This document shows, piece after piece, positions 25,223-35,621 of a stretch of DNA of 41,275 nt (positions within the stretch are counted from its first letter, which is position 1; each line of letters starts with the position of its first letter). The notes beneath the pieces are model-generated. The model saw only the letters and a program-made list of their open reading frames with translations. It was not told the origin of the DNA and made no database searches. The translations under genes and the position numbers were made by a program. Where the stretch lies: assembly GCA_023231475.1 (NCBI GenBank), contig JALJEE010002539.1, forward strand, positions 62,001 to 103,275. Direction: 5' to 3'. Source of the DNA: Seison nebaliae (lineage: Eukaryota).

Positions 25223-25651
25223 GTATACACAATGTGAGAGCTTCTCGTCGCCTCTCCAATTTTTTTGCCGATAGTATTCTCTTGAATTCCCATCTTCTCT
25301 CGACGAGTCGTTATCACTGATATCCAATTTTGTTATTAGTGATCTGGTTCCCGAATCACTCAAGGAGTACATTGATCTCGGTAGGAACTTTATTTCAAAT
25401 AACTCCTTTAAGGAGTTATCTCTTTTTCTATACAATTTGCCCCGGGGGGATTTGGTATGATTAATAAATAAAAAAAAAAAAAAAAAAAGTTATACCTTAT
25501 AATCTAAAAAAATAAAATTTTACCTTTTTATATCTTAAATCAGAGTCTGTAAATCTCAACGAAACATTCTTCGATCATGAAACGTCAATAAAATTATTGT
25601 CGTAAAAATAAAAAGTTGAAATATTAAGCCTAAAGAAATGAGTAAATAAAG

Positions 25652-26012
25652 ATGAATGAAAATAAAAGACCATCGAAGCATGATAGAAAAAAGCGAAAGA
25701 ATGATAGCGAAACAAAAAAATCGGGCACATCTTTAAATTTGTCAAAAGCGAGTAAGATTTACGAGAAAAAGATTTCTCAAAAGAATAAGAGATTCCAAGT
25801 TAGTCTTCCTCTTCAACTTTTTCTCATTGAAATTTTCGTTTATGAAGGAGAAAACAAAGACAAGTTTACAATTGAAAAATGTTGTGACAGTTCACGACGA
25901 GAAGCGAAAGAATGAATTTAAGAGATGTTATTCAAAAAAGAACAAAAATGGACAAGTATCCCTAAATTGTCGAGTTGATTTACTTCTGTCAAAATTGGTG
26001 AAGAAAAATTAA
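25652..26012 (+). CDS. Small basic protein, Fyv7/TAP26 (CCDC59)-like rRNA-processing family, 2 exons
   Basis: Exons 25652-25798 and 25848-26012, joined in frame by a 49-nt intron (GTTAGT..AAG). The C-terminus KKNKNGQVSLNCRVDLLLSKL resembles the Fyv7/TAP26 motif KGQPxLNxxMxxLLxKI. Confidence 0.6.
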
Positions 26013-26181
26013 ATTTTGAAATTATTTCCTCGTGTTTTTCGAAGCTAAGAATTTGATTTTTATAATTATTTCTCTAAAATATTCCGCCTAAAATTTCTTT
26101 TTAATTTTAATTAGATAATTTCTACCGTTTTTCTTTTCACCATATTTGAACATTTCAAAGTTTTAGTGGAAGAATTTTACG

Positions 26182-28899
26182 ATGCCGAAACGACGTGCCT
26201 TAACTACTAGAGAAGAGTTGGATGGAGATAGTGAAATTCCTTCTTATGAGGAAGTGGTTGATAGCGACGTCATTACCAAATCGTCTCGTTCCGAATTGCC
26301 TTCCACTCCAATTTTTGCACAGACGAAGAAAAATAATTTATTTTCGTCTCTACTAAAGAAATTTAATGATCAGAAAAATAATAAATTATCTGAAAATAAT
26401 ATCAACGTAACAACACCGATTACGTCAAAAACTGATAATATATCTGAACCAATCCTAACTATCACTGAATCCGAACCGGAATCGTTATTCACGTACAGGA
26501 AAAAAAGTTCATTCGCATCTTCTCCTGATGCGACAAAATTATTATTTACCTGTCCAAAATCGTTATCAACAGAAAAGACAACGGTTTTATTTTCCTCTCC
26601 GCCTCAAGCATCTTCTACATCCGCCTCTTCTACTATTGGAAATGGGACGTTCTTATCTGATACCAAATCGAACATACCGTCAAAAACTGAAAAACCGTTA
26701 AAATCATTTTCTTCCAAAGCCTCGACGTTTTTGAAAGGGAAAGGTCTATTCAATTTCGGTTCAAATCCATCGGGAACACAAAATAAATTCAATTTCTCTT
26801 TATTCACTCACAATACTTTGTCTTCCAAAAAGAATGAGAAGAAATTCGAAACTGAAATAAGCAAAACGGCAAAAACAGAAACCAAAGAAAAAGACATCGA
26901 AATAACGGAAATCGAACGAATTGAGACAGAAAAAACTGAAACAGGAGAAACTAAGACAGAAAAAATAGATACCGGAAGAATGGAAATCAAACAAACAGAA
27001 AAAATGGAAATAGGAAAAATGGAAAAAAAACCAAAAAAAAAAATGGAAACCAAAAATACACAAACCGAAAAAATTGAAAATGAAAATGAGAAGGTTAAAA
27101 TAGACGTTCATATCGAAAAACGAAAAAAAGATGTTAACATTGGGAAAACGATAAAAGACGTTGACGATGAAGAATCGATGAAAGAAGTTCTGGCATTAAA
27201 TTTGTCGTTTTGTGAAACCATTTCCAAATATAAAACCATGATATCCGCGAATGGTAAATCGAACGTATTGTATGACTTTTCCAATGTCTGTCGTCAATAT
27301 CAGGATTATATGGGAGAGTTAATTGATAATAAAATTGTGGTAACTTCTCCTGATAAGGATGGTGTTCACTTCAACACTAACTCATTTGAGGGAAATGAAA
27401 CAATAATGAATTCAACTCTGGGAAATGAGACGAAAGAGGATTCGTTTTTGGAGAATGGGACGAACAAGAACTCAATTGTGGGAAATGGAACAAAAGATAA
27501 TTTAATTCTGGAAAATCCTTCGAATTCGTTTCTTTTAAATAAAACAAAAGACAGTTCAATTCTGGGAAGTGAAAGGAAAGATAATTCGATTTTAGGAAGT
27601 GCAACGAAAGATAATTCGTTTTTGGGAAGTGGAACAAAAGTGAATTCATTTTTGGGAAATGCGTCAAAAGATAATTCGTTTTTGGGAAATGGATCAAAAA
27701 AATGTTCGTTTTTGGGGAATGGAACAAAAGAAAGTTCGTTTTTGGGGAATGGAACAAAAGATAATTCAATTCTGGAAAATCCAACGAATTCGTTTCTTTT
27801 AAATAAAACAAAAGACAGTTCTATTGTGGGAAGTGGAAGGAAAGATAATTCGATTTTAGGAAGTGCAACGAAAGATAATTCGTTTTTGGGAAATGGAACA
27901 AAAATGAATTCGTTTGTGGGTAATGCAGCTAAAGAAAGTTCGTTTTTGGGAAATGCGTCAAAAGAATGTTCGTTTTTGGGAAGTGGAACAAAAATGAATT
28001 CATTTGTGGGTAATGCAGCTAAAGAAAGTTCGTTTATGGGAAATGCGTCAAAAGAAAGTTCGTTTTTGGGAAATGGAACGAAAATGAATTCATTTGTGGG
28101 TAATGCAGCTAAAGAAAGTTCGTTTTTAGGTAATGCAGCTAAAGAAAGTTCATTTTTGGGTAATGCAGCTAAAGAAAGTTCATTTTTGGGAAATGGATCA
28201 AAAGAAAGTTCGTTTTTGGGAAATGGATCAAAAGAAAGTTCGTTTTTGAGGAATGGATCAAAAATGAATTCGTTTTTGGGAAATGGATCAAAAGGAAGTT
28301 CTTTTTTGAGTAGTGGAACAAAAGAGAATTCTGTTAAAGAAAATGATAAAAAAGAGAATTGTATTGTGGAAAATGATAAAAAAGAGACTTCTGTTATCGA
28401 AAATGATAAAAAAAAGAATTCTGTTGTAGAAAATGAAAAAAAAGAGAATTCTGTTTGTCAATTGCAAGAACCGGAAACTAAGAAGACTTTGTTAGATAAG
28501 GAATCCATTTTATCGAGTATTCAAGGAAAGAAGAACGAATCATATATGGAGAAAGATGCTATTTTCCATCGTGTGGTGAAGGCGTACTATTGTCATGAGA
28601 AGTCGTGGAAGATATTGGGAGTAGGTAATTTGTTCTTGAAGAAAAGTGAGAACAGTAAATTTCAACTTATTCTCAGAAATGATACATTTCTAGGAAATAT
28701 TCTATTGAACGTTCTGGTCAAAAATGAGAATTGTTTAGAGAAGACTGCCTCTGGTGTTTTGATCATTTCCGTTTTAAGTCCGTTACCTCATAATTTGAAG
28801 AATTCGGATATGAAAGATAAACCGGTTCCGATTCAATTCAAAGATACGAAGAATACACCAACACAATTTTACCAAGACTTTGTCGAAGCCTTCAAATGA
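26182..28899 (+). CDS. NUP50: Nucleoporin 50 with large internal decapeptide repeat, single exon
   Basis: N-terminal MPKRRA (importin-alpha-binding type); central LALNLSFCETI...YDFSNVCRQYQDYM block; C-terminal Ran-binding domain (EKDAIF...WKILGVGNLFLK...QLILRNDTFLGNILLNVLV). Confidence 0.85.
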   Translation: MPKRRALTTREELDGDSEIPSYEEVVDSDVITKSSRSELPSTPIFAQTKKNNLFSSLLKKFNDQKNNKLSENNINVTTPITSKTDNISEPILTITESEPESLFTYRKKSSFASSPDATKLLFTCPKSLSTEKTTVLFSSPPQASSTSASSTIGNGTFLSDTKSNIPSKTEKPLKSFSSKASTFLKGKGLFNFGSNPSGTQNKFNFSLFTHNTLSSKKNEKKFETEISKTAKTETKEKDIEITEIERIETEKTETGETKTEKIDTGRMEIKQTEKMEIGKMEKKPKKKMETKNTQTEKIENENEKVKIDVHIEKRKKDVNIGKTIKDVDDEESMKEVLALNLSFCETISKYKTMISANGKSNVLYDFSNVCRQYQDYMGELIDNKIVVTSPDKDGVHFNTNSFEGNETIMNSTLGNETKEDSFLENGTNKNSIVGNGTKDNLILENPSNSFLLNKTKDSSILGSERKDNSILGSATKDNSFLGSGTKVNSFLGNASKDNSFLGNGSKKCSFLGNGTKESSFLGNGTKDNSILENPTNSFLLNKTKDSSIVGSGRKDNSILGSATKDNSFLGNGTKMNSFVGNAAKESSFLGNASKECSFLGSGTKMNSFVGNAAKESSFMGNASKESSFLGNGTKMNSFVGNAAKESSFLGNAAKESSFLGNAAKESSFLGNGSKESSFLGNGSKESSFLRNGSKMNSFLGNGSKGSSFLSSGTKENSVKENDKKENCIVENDKKETSVIENDKKKNSVVENEKKENSVCQLQEPETKKTLLDKESILSSIQGKKNESYMEKDAIFHRVVKAYYCHEKSWKILGVGNLFLKKSENSKFQLILRNDTFLGNILLNVLVKNENCLEKTASGVLIISVLSPLPHNLKNSDMKDKPVPIQFKDTKNTPTQFYQDFVEAFK
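27400..28455 (+). repeat. Coding 30-bp tandem repeat (~35 units; KESSFLGN(G/A)(T/S/A), grading into ENDKKE units)
   Basis: Unit close to AAAGAAAGTTCGTTTTTGGGAAATGGAACA, with higher-order 90-nt and 264-nt periodicities visible. Confidence 0.92.
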
Positions 28900-29682
28900 G
28901 ATGGGAAGAATAGACAATATTTAACATTGCTGATCGGAGTTTTTTTATATTTTTTTTAAACTCAAATTTACTGAAACATTATTAGAAATTATTATCATAC
29001 AAATTTCATTATTATTATCGATTCTTTCCTCTACTATCTAATTAGCGATTAATTTCAGACAGTCTACTGGAATAACAAATAATTTTGATGTACAATTAAT
29101 ATCTGTTAATAATAATTATTATTGAATGAAAAAAATTTTAATTTGATTAAAATTATACTTATGTAAATGTTATTTATCGACTTATCAATATAAAATTTTT
29201 CAAAATTTTTTTTTTCATAGGAGTGATTTTTTTAGGTTCTTCTCTTCAGGTTCTTCAACTTCGAATAAAATAAGATATTTAATATCCTTAATTTGTTACT
29301 ATAAATTAACTCCTATTTATTTAATATTTTCAGGATATTAAATTCTAATAATGATAGTTCTGATATGGAAAATGGAAGAGCAGAATGAATTATCAAAAAT
29401 AAAATCATTATTTAAGTCATTAATGGTTAGTAAAAAGTTGTAGCGAATTGATCTCCGATTATTATAAGATAGATGTTAAGGAGAAATTTGAATTTGAATT
29501 GAAGAAAAAAATTTAAGAAATTTAATTAGCGATCTTCACAACACATTCAAGTATGAGAACTCTAAATATAAAAAGGATTGGAAAGAGAAGAGTTAATTAC
29601 TAATTATGAACATCATTTCATTGGGATCAATTTTAGTTTATAATACTGGTCATCATTATGCGAACGTCATGTTATAGGCTGG

Positions 29683-30130
29683 TTATGCTTTCGTAATCTT
29701 GATATTTGAGAAGACCGCACCCAGTGCTGCATACCAAGGAGCAATAAAGTTTTGGGTGCACAAACTGATGAAAGCACCAAGATTGCCCATACACATCGCC
29801 AGACATTTGTTGAATGGCATCATAATCCAAATCTGCTCGAAGGCAATGCAAGCGAATACCGTTGCCCATCCACAACCCAAGCAGCAACAACACAATCCTT
29901 GTATTAGTTTGTAGCAATAACTTTTCCAACAATCGAAGATCTTGTGTGTGCAATTCCATGCACAATCACAAGATCGGATACCTTCCGGTTCTCCGAATAT
30001 GTCATCGAATTCAACCTATTAATTTCATCATTCATTTCACAGAATATTTTTTTTTTCAAGATAAAAAGGAAACTGTCAGTTTTTCATGGAGATTGTTCGG
30101 ATCTCGATTATCATCCATCGTAGTCTTCAT
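29683..30130 (-). CDS. CAV: Caveolin paralog A, 2 exons, 129 aa
   Basis: Exons 30130-30074 and 30015-29683; 58-nt intron (GTTTCC..TAG). Spliced: MKTTMDDNRDPNNLHEKLT/VEFDDIFGEPEGIRSCDCAW...KSYCYKL...QIWIMMPFNK...GAVFSNIKI, matching caveolin RDP..FEDVIAEPEG..S.D..W...IW...P...FSN. Confidence 0.9.
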
Positions 30131-31219
30131 AGTTGCGCAATAACAAATTTAATTAGAACTTTTATAACTTCCTTTTGAAAATGTATTCGAATAATTTTCA
30201 GCGAACAATCCAAATAAAAATGCTACTTTTATGCACGTCCCTCAACGGTTACTATGGATATCTGACACAATATTGCAAACACAAATTTCCTTTTATTAAA
30301 ATGCTCATGGTCATCTGTAGTCGAATGTGCAGAATGAGTGACATGCATTTGGCAACCGATTGTTTGGATTAAACACTCCCAACATTTCTTTCCTTTTTCC
30401 AAAGTTAATAATGATTTTTTAGGAAGCAAATTCGAGTAGTCTCTACTCTATCCATTCACTTTTAATTACCATATTCATTTTCCAGTTGAATGATACTGGA
30501 GATCAGCTAATTCATATTTGATCTCGTACTATTCAGTCAAGACTACCAATTCGTCAACAAGTAATTGGTAATAAAATCTCGAAACAGTATCGTACTCCCA
30601 ACCTATAAAATAATTGAAGGTGGAAAATAAGTAAAAAGCTAATTGGAACAAATAGAGGCTGGAATAATAATAAAATTGATTTAAAATAAATCCGATGTTA
30701 ATCAACCAGGTATTAATTCATGACAACCGAAAAAACTCAAGAAAAGATTCAACATTTCTCCTTTTCTTTCTTTCTCTCGTTCATTCAACTAAAAACATGG
30801 ACTGAAATTTTAATAGTTTGGTTCGATTACTTATCATTCTCTTCTTATATTGATATACGCAAACCATTTTTCATTTTTTTATGAAATTTCTCATCTTTAT
30901 TCAATTAATTGAATAAAAATTAATTGTTTTTTGAGATTAAAACTTTCAATTTAGTAAACTAATCTAATTCAGAGAATATCAATAAACTTATCTTAACTTG
31001 AATTGTGAGGGTGGTATTAAAATAGAAAATAAAGATAAAACAATTTTGGTCAAATTTAAATTTAATTTCTGTGTCAATTTATTAACTGAAAAACAATTTC
31101 ATCCTCTAAAGAAGATAAAAAAGGGAAAATGATTGATTGCCGTTATCGTAACGCAATTTATGGTTTTTAAAGAAAAATTTTTGAACTTCAATATTTCTAA
31201 ATTCCCGATTCCAATTTCG

Positions 31220-31663
31220 TTAACCCTTCGTAATCTTGATATTTGAGAAGACCGAACCCATTGCTCCATACCACGGAGCAATAAAGTTTTGGGTGCACAA
31301 AGTGATGAAAGCACCAATATTGCCCATACACATCGCCAGACATTTGTTGAATGGCATCATAATCCAGATCTGATAGAAGGCAATGCAAGCGAATACCGTT
31401 GCCCAACCACAACCCAAACAGCAACAACACAATCCTTGTACAAGTTTGTAGCAATAACTCTTCCAACATTCGAAGATCTTGTGCGTACAATTCCATGCAC
31501 AATCACAAGATCGGATACCTTCCGGTTCTCCAAATATCTCGTCAAATTCAACCTATTCATTTCAAATCACATTTACAATTAGAATTTTTATAATAACTGT
31601 CAATTTCTCGTGGAGACTGTTCGGATCGCGATTATCGTCCATCGTAGTTGTTGGTCCAGGCAT
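31220..31663 (-). CDS. CAV: Caveolin paralog B, 2 exons, 132 aa
   Basis: Exons 31663-31598 and 31552-31220; 45-nt intron (GTTATT..TAG) at the same position as in paralog A. RDPNSLHEKLT/VEFDEIFGEPEG. Confidence 0.9.
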
Positions 31664-33153
31664 TCTTCTTCAATGAATTGTATGGAAATTTTATTTTTAA
31701 AATCGTTTCTGACAAAACTAAAGGATCAATGCAAAGTCGACATGTTTTATGCAGTTAAAACGGTTGCCATGACGTTCGCGCTAACAAAATTCGTTTAACA
31801 AAACTTTATAGAGAAAACTGATAGTATTCATGGTCATCAGCATGCAAAATTGTAAAGAAATCGACTTGCATTTCACAACTCTGTAAGTTGAAAAGTTCCG
31901 AAAGTTTGAGCACACGAATTATTTAAATTAAACTAGCAACCAAACTAACTGTGAACAGGAATTTTTCCTTCGGAAACTAATATTAATAAAATACTCCACC
32001 AACTCCAAAACCTTCTACTTTGAAGACAAGTAATTATTTCAATGTATATACCTTCAACAGATTTCGAAGAATGCTTTCCCAGCTTAAACTACTTCTCTTA
32101 CAAAAAAGCCTAGAGATATATTGATTTTATTCAAAACATTCTGTTTTCCTCTTTCTTTCAGAAACTTTTATTTTACTATTTTAAATCCACATATAAATTT
32201 CATTCACAAATAAATTTCACCCATACTTTAACTGATGTCAATCGGAAACAATTTTATAAGCAATTCACAAATCTTTTAAAAATATTCAAAACAAACTGCA
32301 GAGAATGATCACTAATTGAATAATATTATACCAATTAAAAATAATTATCGTTCGGATATTCTTTCATCGAAAGAAATTGTGTTGAAAATAATTTTATTCT
32401 TTGAAATTTTGAACTATAGATTTTTCGAAGAAATATTTTTATTCTTGGAAATGTTATTCCAATAGAATATCTTCCACATATGCAGTTTCGTTCTGGTTTT
32501 TGTCCATTTTGTTCTTTAGTTTCGATTTATATGATTATTAATTTTCCTAATAAAATTGTCAATTAATATAATGAAAATTGTCATTTAGAAGTGTGATAAG
32601 AAATATGATAGAACGATTTACTATGGACATTTATGACTTGATAAGAGATCGTTATAATTATGATACATGAAAGAGTTGATGACCTGTTAATTGTCTGAAA
32701 AGTGAAAGAATATTATAAGAAAGTATGTAGAAAGTAATGGGTTAATAATAGTGGTTAGATGTGGAGTTGAGTGGAGACGAAGGTGGTGACGAAGATAAAT
32801 TTATTTGTTTATTTATTTTTAATCCGGATATTACTCGACTTTTATCAACCGAACTGTTGACGTTGGTGGTAAGAAGTGTCAACTCTGTTCGAAATTGTTG
32901 GAAAGAGAGAGAAAGTGGAGATTGGGCCAAAGATTTTAATAAGAAATTGGGTAAATTGGACGTATGTGATGAGAGTAGTGAATTGTGAAAGAAAGTGATT
33001 GAGAGATTAGATGAAGTAAATGTTGTTTTCATGTTTCTGTGTTACTTTTCAATCAGGCTGAAATGACAATAACTTCTTCTTGTAAACGGCAATTACAGAT
33101 AATAGTGTGAACATTATTATTCCATCAGACAAGTACAGGGCTCACCCGACTCC

Positions 33154-33161
33154 TATATAAA
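33154..33161 (+). promoter_or_regulatory. Possible TATA box upstream of PAR-6
   Basis: TATATAAA flanked by more GC-rich sequence, 37 nt before the ORF ATG. Weak evidence in an AT-rich genome. Confidence 0.3.
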
Positions 33162-33190
33162 GAGAGACGTTAAACGAGATAGAGCAGTAA

Positions 33191-35245
33191 ATGAAGAGAG
33201 AATGTTTAGTGAATCATAATACATCTCCAATCTTAAAAGAAGAAAAGAATTCGTTTAACTCAACCGGAGAAGAAAGAGAGAAGAAGAATTCAATTAGAAT
33301 GAAATCGAAATATGAGAAAAATGATGATGATGACGATGATGGGAAACGATTGTCTCCAATGAATCAATCGATGGAATTGATCATTTCCACAGATGGACGT
33401 CCATTGCCACCCATCATAGAAATTAAGAGTAGATTTGGTGCCGAATTTCGTCGATGTTCTGTTCATCGGAAGGAATTTATGAATTGTTCTCATTATCTTA
33501 CTTCCATCAATTCGTTGTCGTCGTTAAAGAAGAAACCGAGAAAGAAACGACAAAATAATGATGAAGATGATGATGATGAAGAAGAAGATGATAATGAAAT
33601 GAATGTGATGAATATTAGTTCTCAGCGATCGTCATATTTCGAGAAGTTTTATGAATTAATGTATCATCTCCACAAATTTCACGAATATGAACATTCAAGT
33701 GAGAGCGATTCGTTTGAAGAAAATGAATCGCCTTTATTGATCATAACATATATCGATCCATTGAATGGTGATGTACTACCAATCAATAATGACGCTAACT
33801 TAGAATTGGCGTTGCGGAAAGTTTTCCGTCTCATTCGTCTCGACGTTCAAACGAGAGGTAATTCGATTTTAGAAATTTTTGGATATGGAAATATCTCCAT
33901 CAATGGGAAGAAGAAGAAGAAATTCCTGAGGAATCATTTGATGAAAAATGAGAGTTATATGTCTCCGAAAATGAAGTTGAATAAATCGTTGTCAAATCAG
34001 CAACTTCATCGACTCCATGTTACTAACACGAATATTAGTAATGTTAATAATAATGTCTCAGCCAATAATGGAATGATGAATGTCTCACATGAATCATCAT
34101 TCGCTGATCATCATGTCAATTCTAATGCCATATCGATGCCAGCACAATTTCGACCGATTTCATCTGTGATTGATGTGGATAAAGTTCCTTCATCATTAAG
34201 ACGTGTTCGATTATACCGTCATCAACAAAATCTCCCACTCGGCTTCTATATTAGAGATGGTGTTTCCATGAAGATATCAGAGAATGGAATCGAACGAATT
34301 CCAGGAATTTTCATTTCCCGTTTGAAAGACAACGGATTAGCAGCACAAACTGGATTGTTACATGTAGACGATGAGATTGTTGAAGTGAATGGAATAGAGA
34401 CGAATGGTAAAAGTCTCGATCAAGTGACGGATATGATGATAGCGAATTCATCAAATCTCATCATTACCGTTAAACCGAAGAATACTCATCATAATTTAAG
34501 TTCAGTTAAAAGGAAACGTCATCAGATCATGTTGGAACGAGAGATGAAAGAGATGGGAACAGCTAGTTATTCTATTAAACAATTACAATTGAATTACATG
34601 TACAATGAATCAGGAAAGAGCAATCAAGGTAAATCTTCGGTAAGATTACACGATCTCAAATCTCGTTATAATGAAAGTAAACAACAAATAAGTGGACATC
34701 TGACCCCGTCAATTCCTCCTATTTCCAACAGTCGACCATTCGTCAAATCCAACAGTCATCGTTACCATCATACGGTGGCGAAAACGTTTCGCAATGAAGA
34801 TATCGGAAGATCATTCGTTCGAAAGAAGAAAGTGGAGAAAGAGTTAATTCAACCACTCATCTCTTCCAAATTCAATTCTTCTTCATTCAACTCATACGAC
34901 AATGAAAAACGACAACTAGTCGGTTTCCAATCACAGAAAGCTACGGAAGAAACGAAGAGAAAGTCGTTTAAAAACGATTTGGATCAAGTGGAAATCGAAG
35001 TAATCGAAGATAATTATTCTGCTCAGAATCTTCGCTTGTCATCTCGTCGATATTTTGATGCTGTGATGAATGAGAGACAGCAACCAATACCAAACACTAA
35101 TCATCATTCGAATCGTCGTCGAGGAGATTCGAATGGAAGATTCTCATCAAATTCGTCGTCGTCGACCACATCGTCGTCTCATCGACATATAACGAATAGG
35201 AGAGAAGGCCATGAAGGTGGAAAAGAACCAATAATTTCTTTATAA
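33191..35245 (+). CDS. PARD6: Partitioning defective 6 (PB1, semi-CRIB, PDZ), single exon
   Basis: [13 protein letters not shown] and [15 protein letters not shown] (PB1); [17 protein letters not shown] (semi-CRIB); PLGFYIRDG...PGIFISRL...[30 protein letters not shown] (PDZ). True start codon uncertain. Confidence 0.95.
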   Translation: MKRECLVNHNTSPILKEEKNSFNSTGEEREKKNSIRMKSKYEKNDDDDDDGKRLSPMNQSMELIISTDGRPLPPIIEIKSRFGAEFRRCSVHRKEFMNCSHYLTSINSLSSLKKKPRKKRQNNDEDDDDEEEDDNEMNVMNISSQRSSYFEKFYELMYHLHKFHEYEHSSESDSFEENESPLLIITYIDPLNGDVLPINNDANLELALRKVFRLIRLDVQTRGNSILEIFGYGNISINGKKKKKFLRNHLMKNESYMSPKMKLNKSLSNQQLHRLHVTNTNISNVNNNVSANNGMMNVSHESSFADHHVNSNAISMPAQFRPISSVIDVDKVPSSLRRVRLYRHQQNLPLGFYIRDGVSMKISENGIERIPGIFISRLKDNGLAAQTGLLHVDDEIVEVNGIETNGKSLDQVTDMMIANSSNLIITVKPKNTHHNLSSVKRKRHQIMLEREMKEMGTASYSIKQLQLNYMYNESGKSNQGKSSVRLHDLKSRYNESKQQISGHLTPSIPPISNSRPFVKSNSHRYHHTVAKTFRNEDIGRSFVRKKKVEKELIQPLISSKFNSSSFNSYDNEKRQLVGFQSQKATEETKRKSFKNDLDQVEIEVIEDNYSAQNLRLSSRRYFDAVMNERQQPIPNTNHHSNRRRGDSNGRFSSNSSSSTTSSSHRHITNRREGHEGGKEPIISL

Positions 35246-35621
35246 TTTTATTATTCTCATTATTATTAAATATAATATTCAAATAATATTATAATAATAT
35301 TCTCAGAACATCATCACGTTCCAAATCCCCCCTATTGCACATCATTTATATTCTATTCTCATTCCATTCACTAAGGACTAAAATATTTTGCATTCCATTC
35401 TTTCCATTTCATTTATTTCTTTTTTTTTAGAAATAAAATTTTTAAAGTGTATTTCCATCTCGAATACGATATCGAAGTGATTATTAATAAAACAATTTAT
35501 TTGTCGAATAAAAAAAAGATTTGATGTCCAATTTGATGGAACAATATGGAAAAAATGTAACCCAATAAATTTCATTCTCAGTTCGATTCGAGTTTTCTCT
35601 CAACGAAATTTCTCATTCAAA

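Noticed and set aside
29672..31502. Alternative-frame ORFs MCMELHTQ.. and MCMELYAQ.. present in both caveolin copies
   Set aside because: Their similarity follows from the duplication of the caveolin frame; no independent evidence of overprinting.
32742..33032. Overlapping 96-aa minus and 75-aa plus ORFs upstream of PAR-6
   Set aside because: No motif, strand ambiguous, no splice link found; left uncalled.
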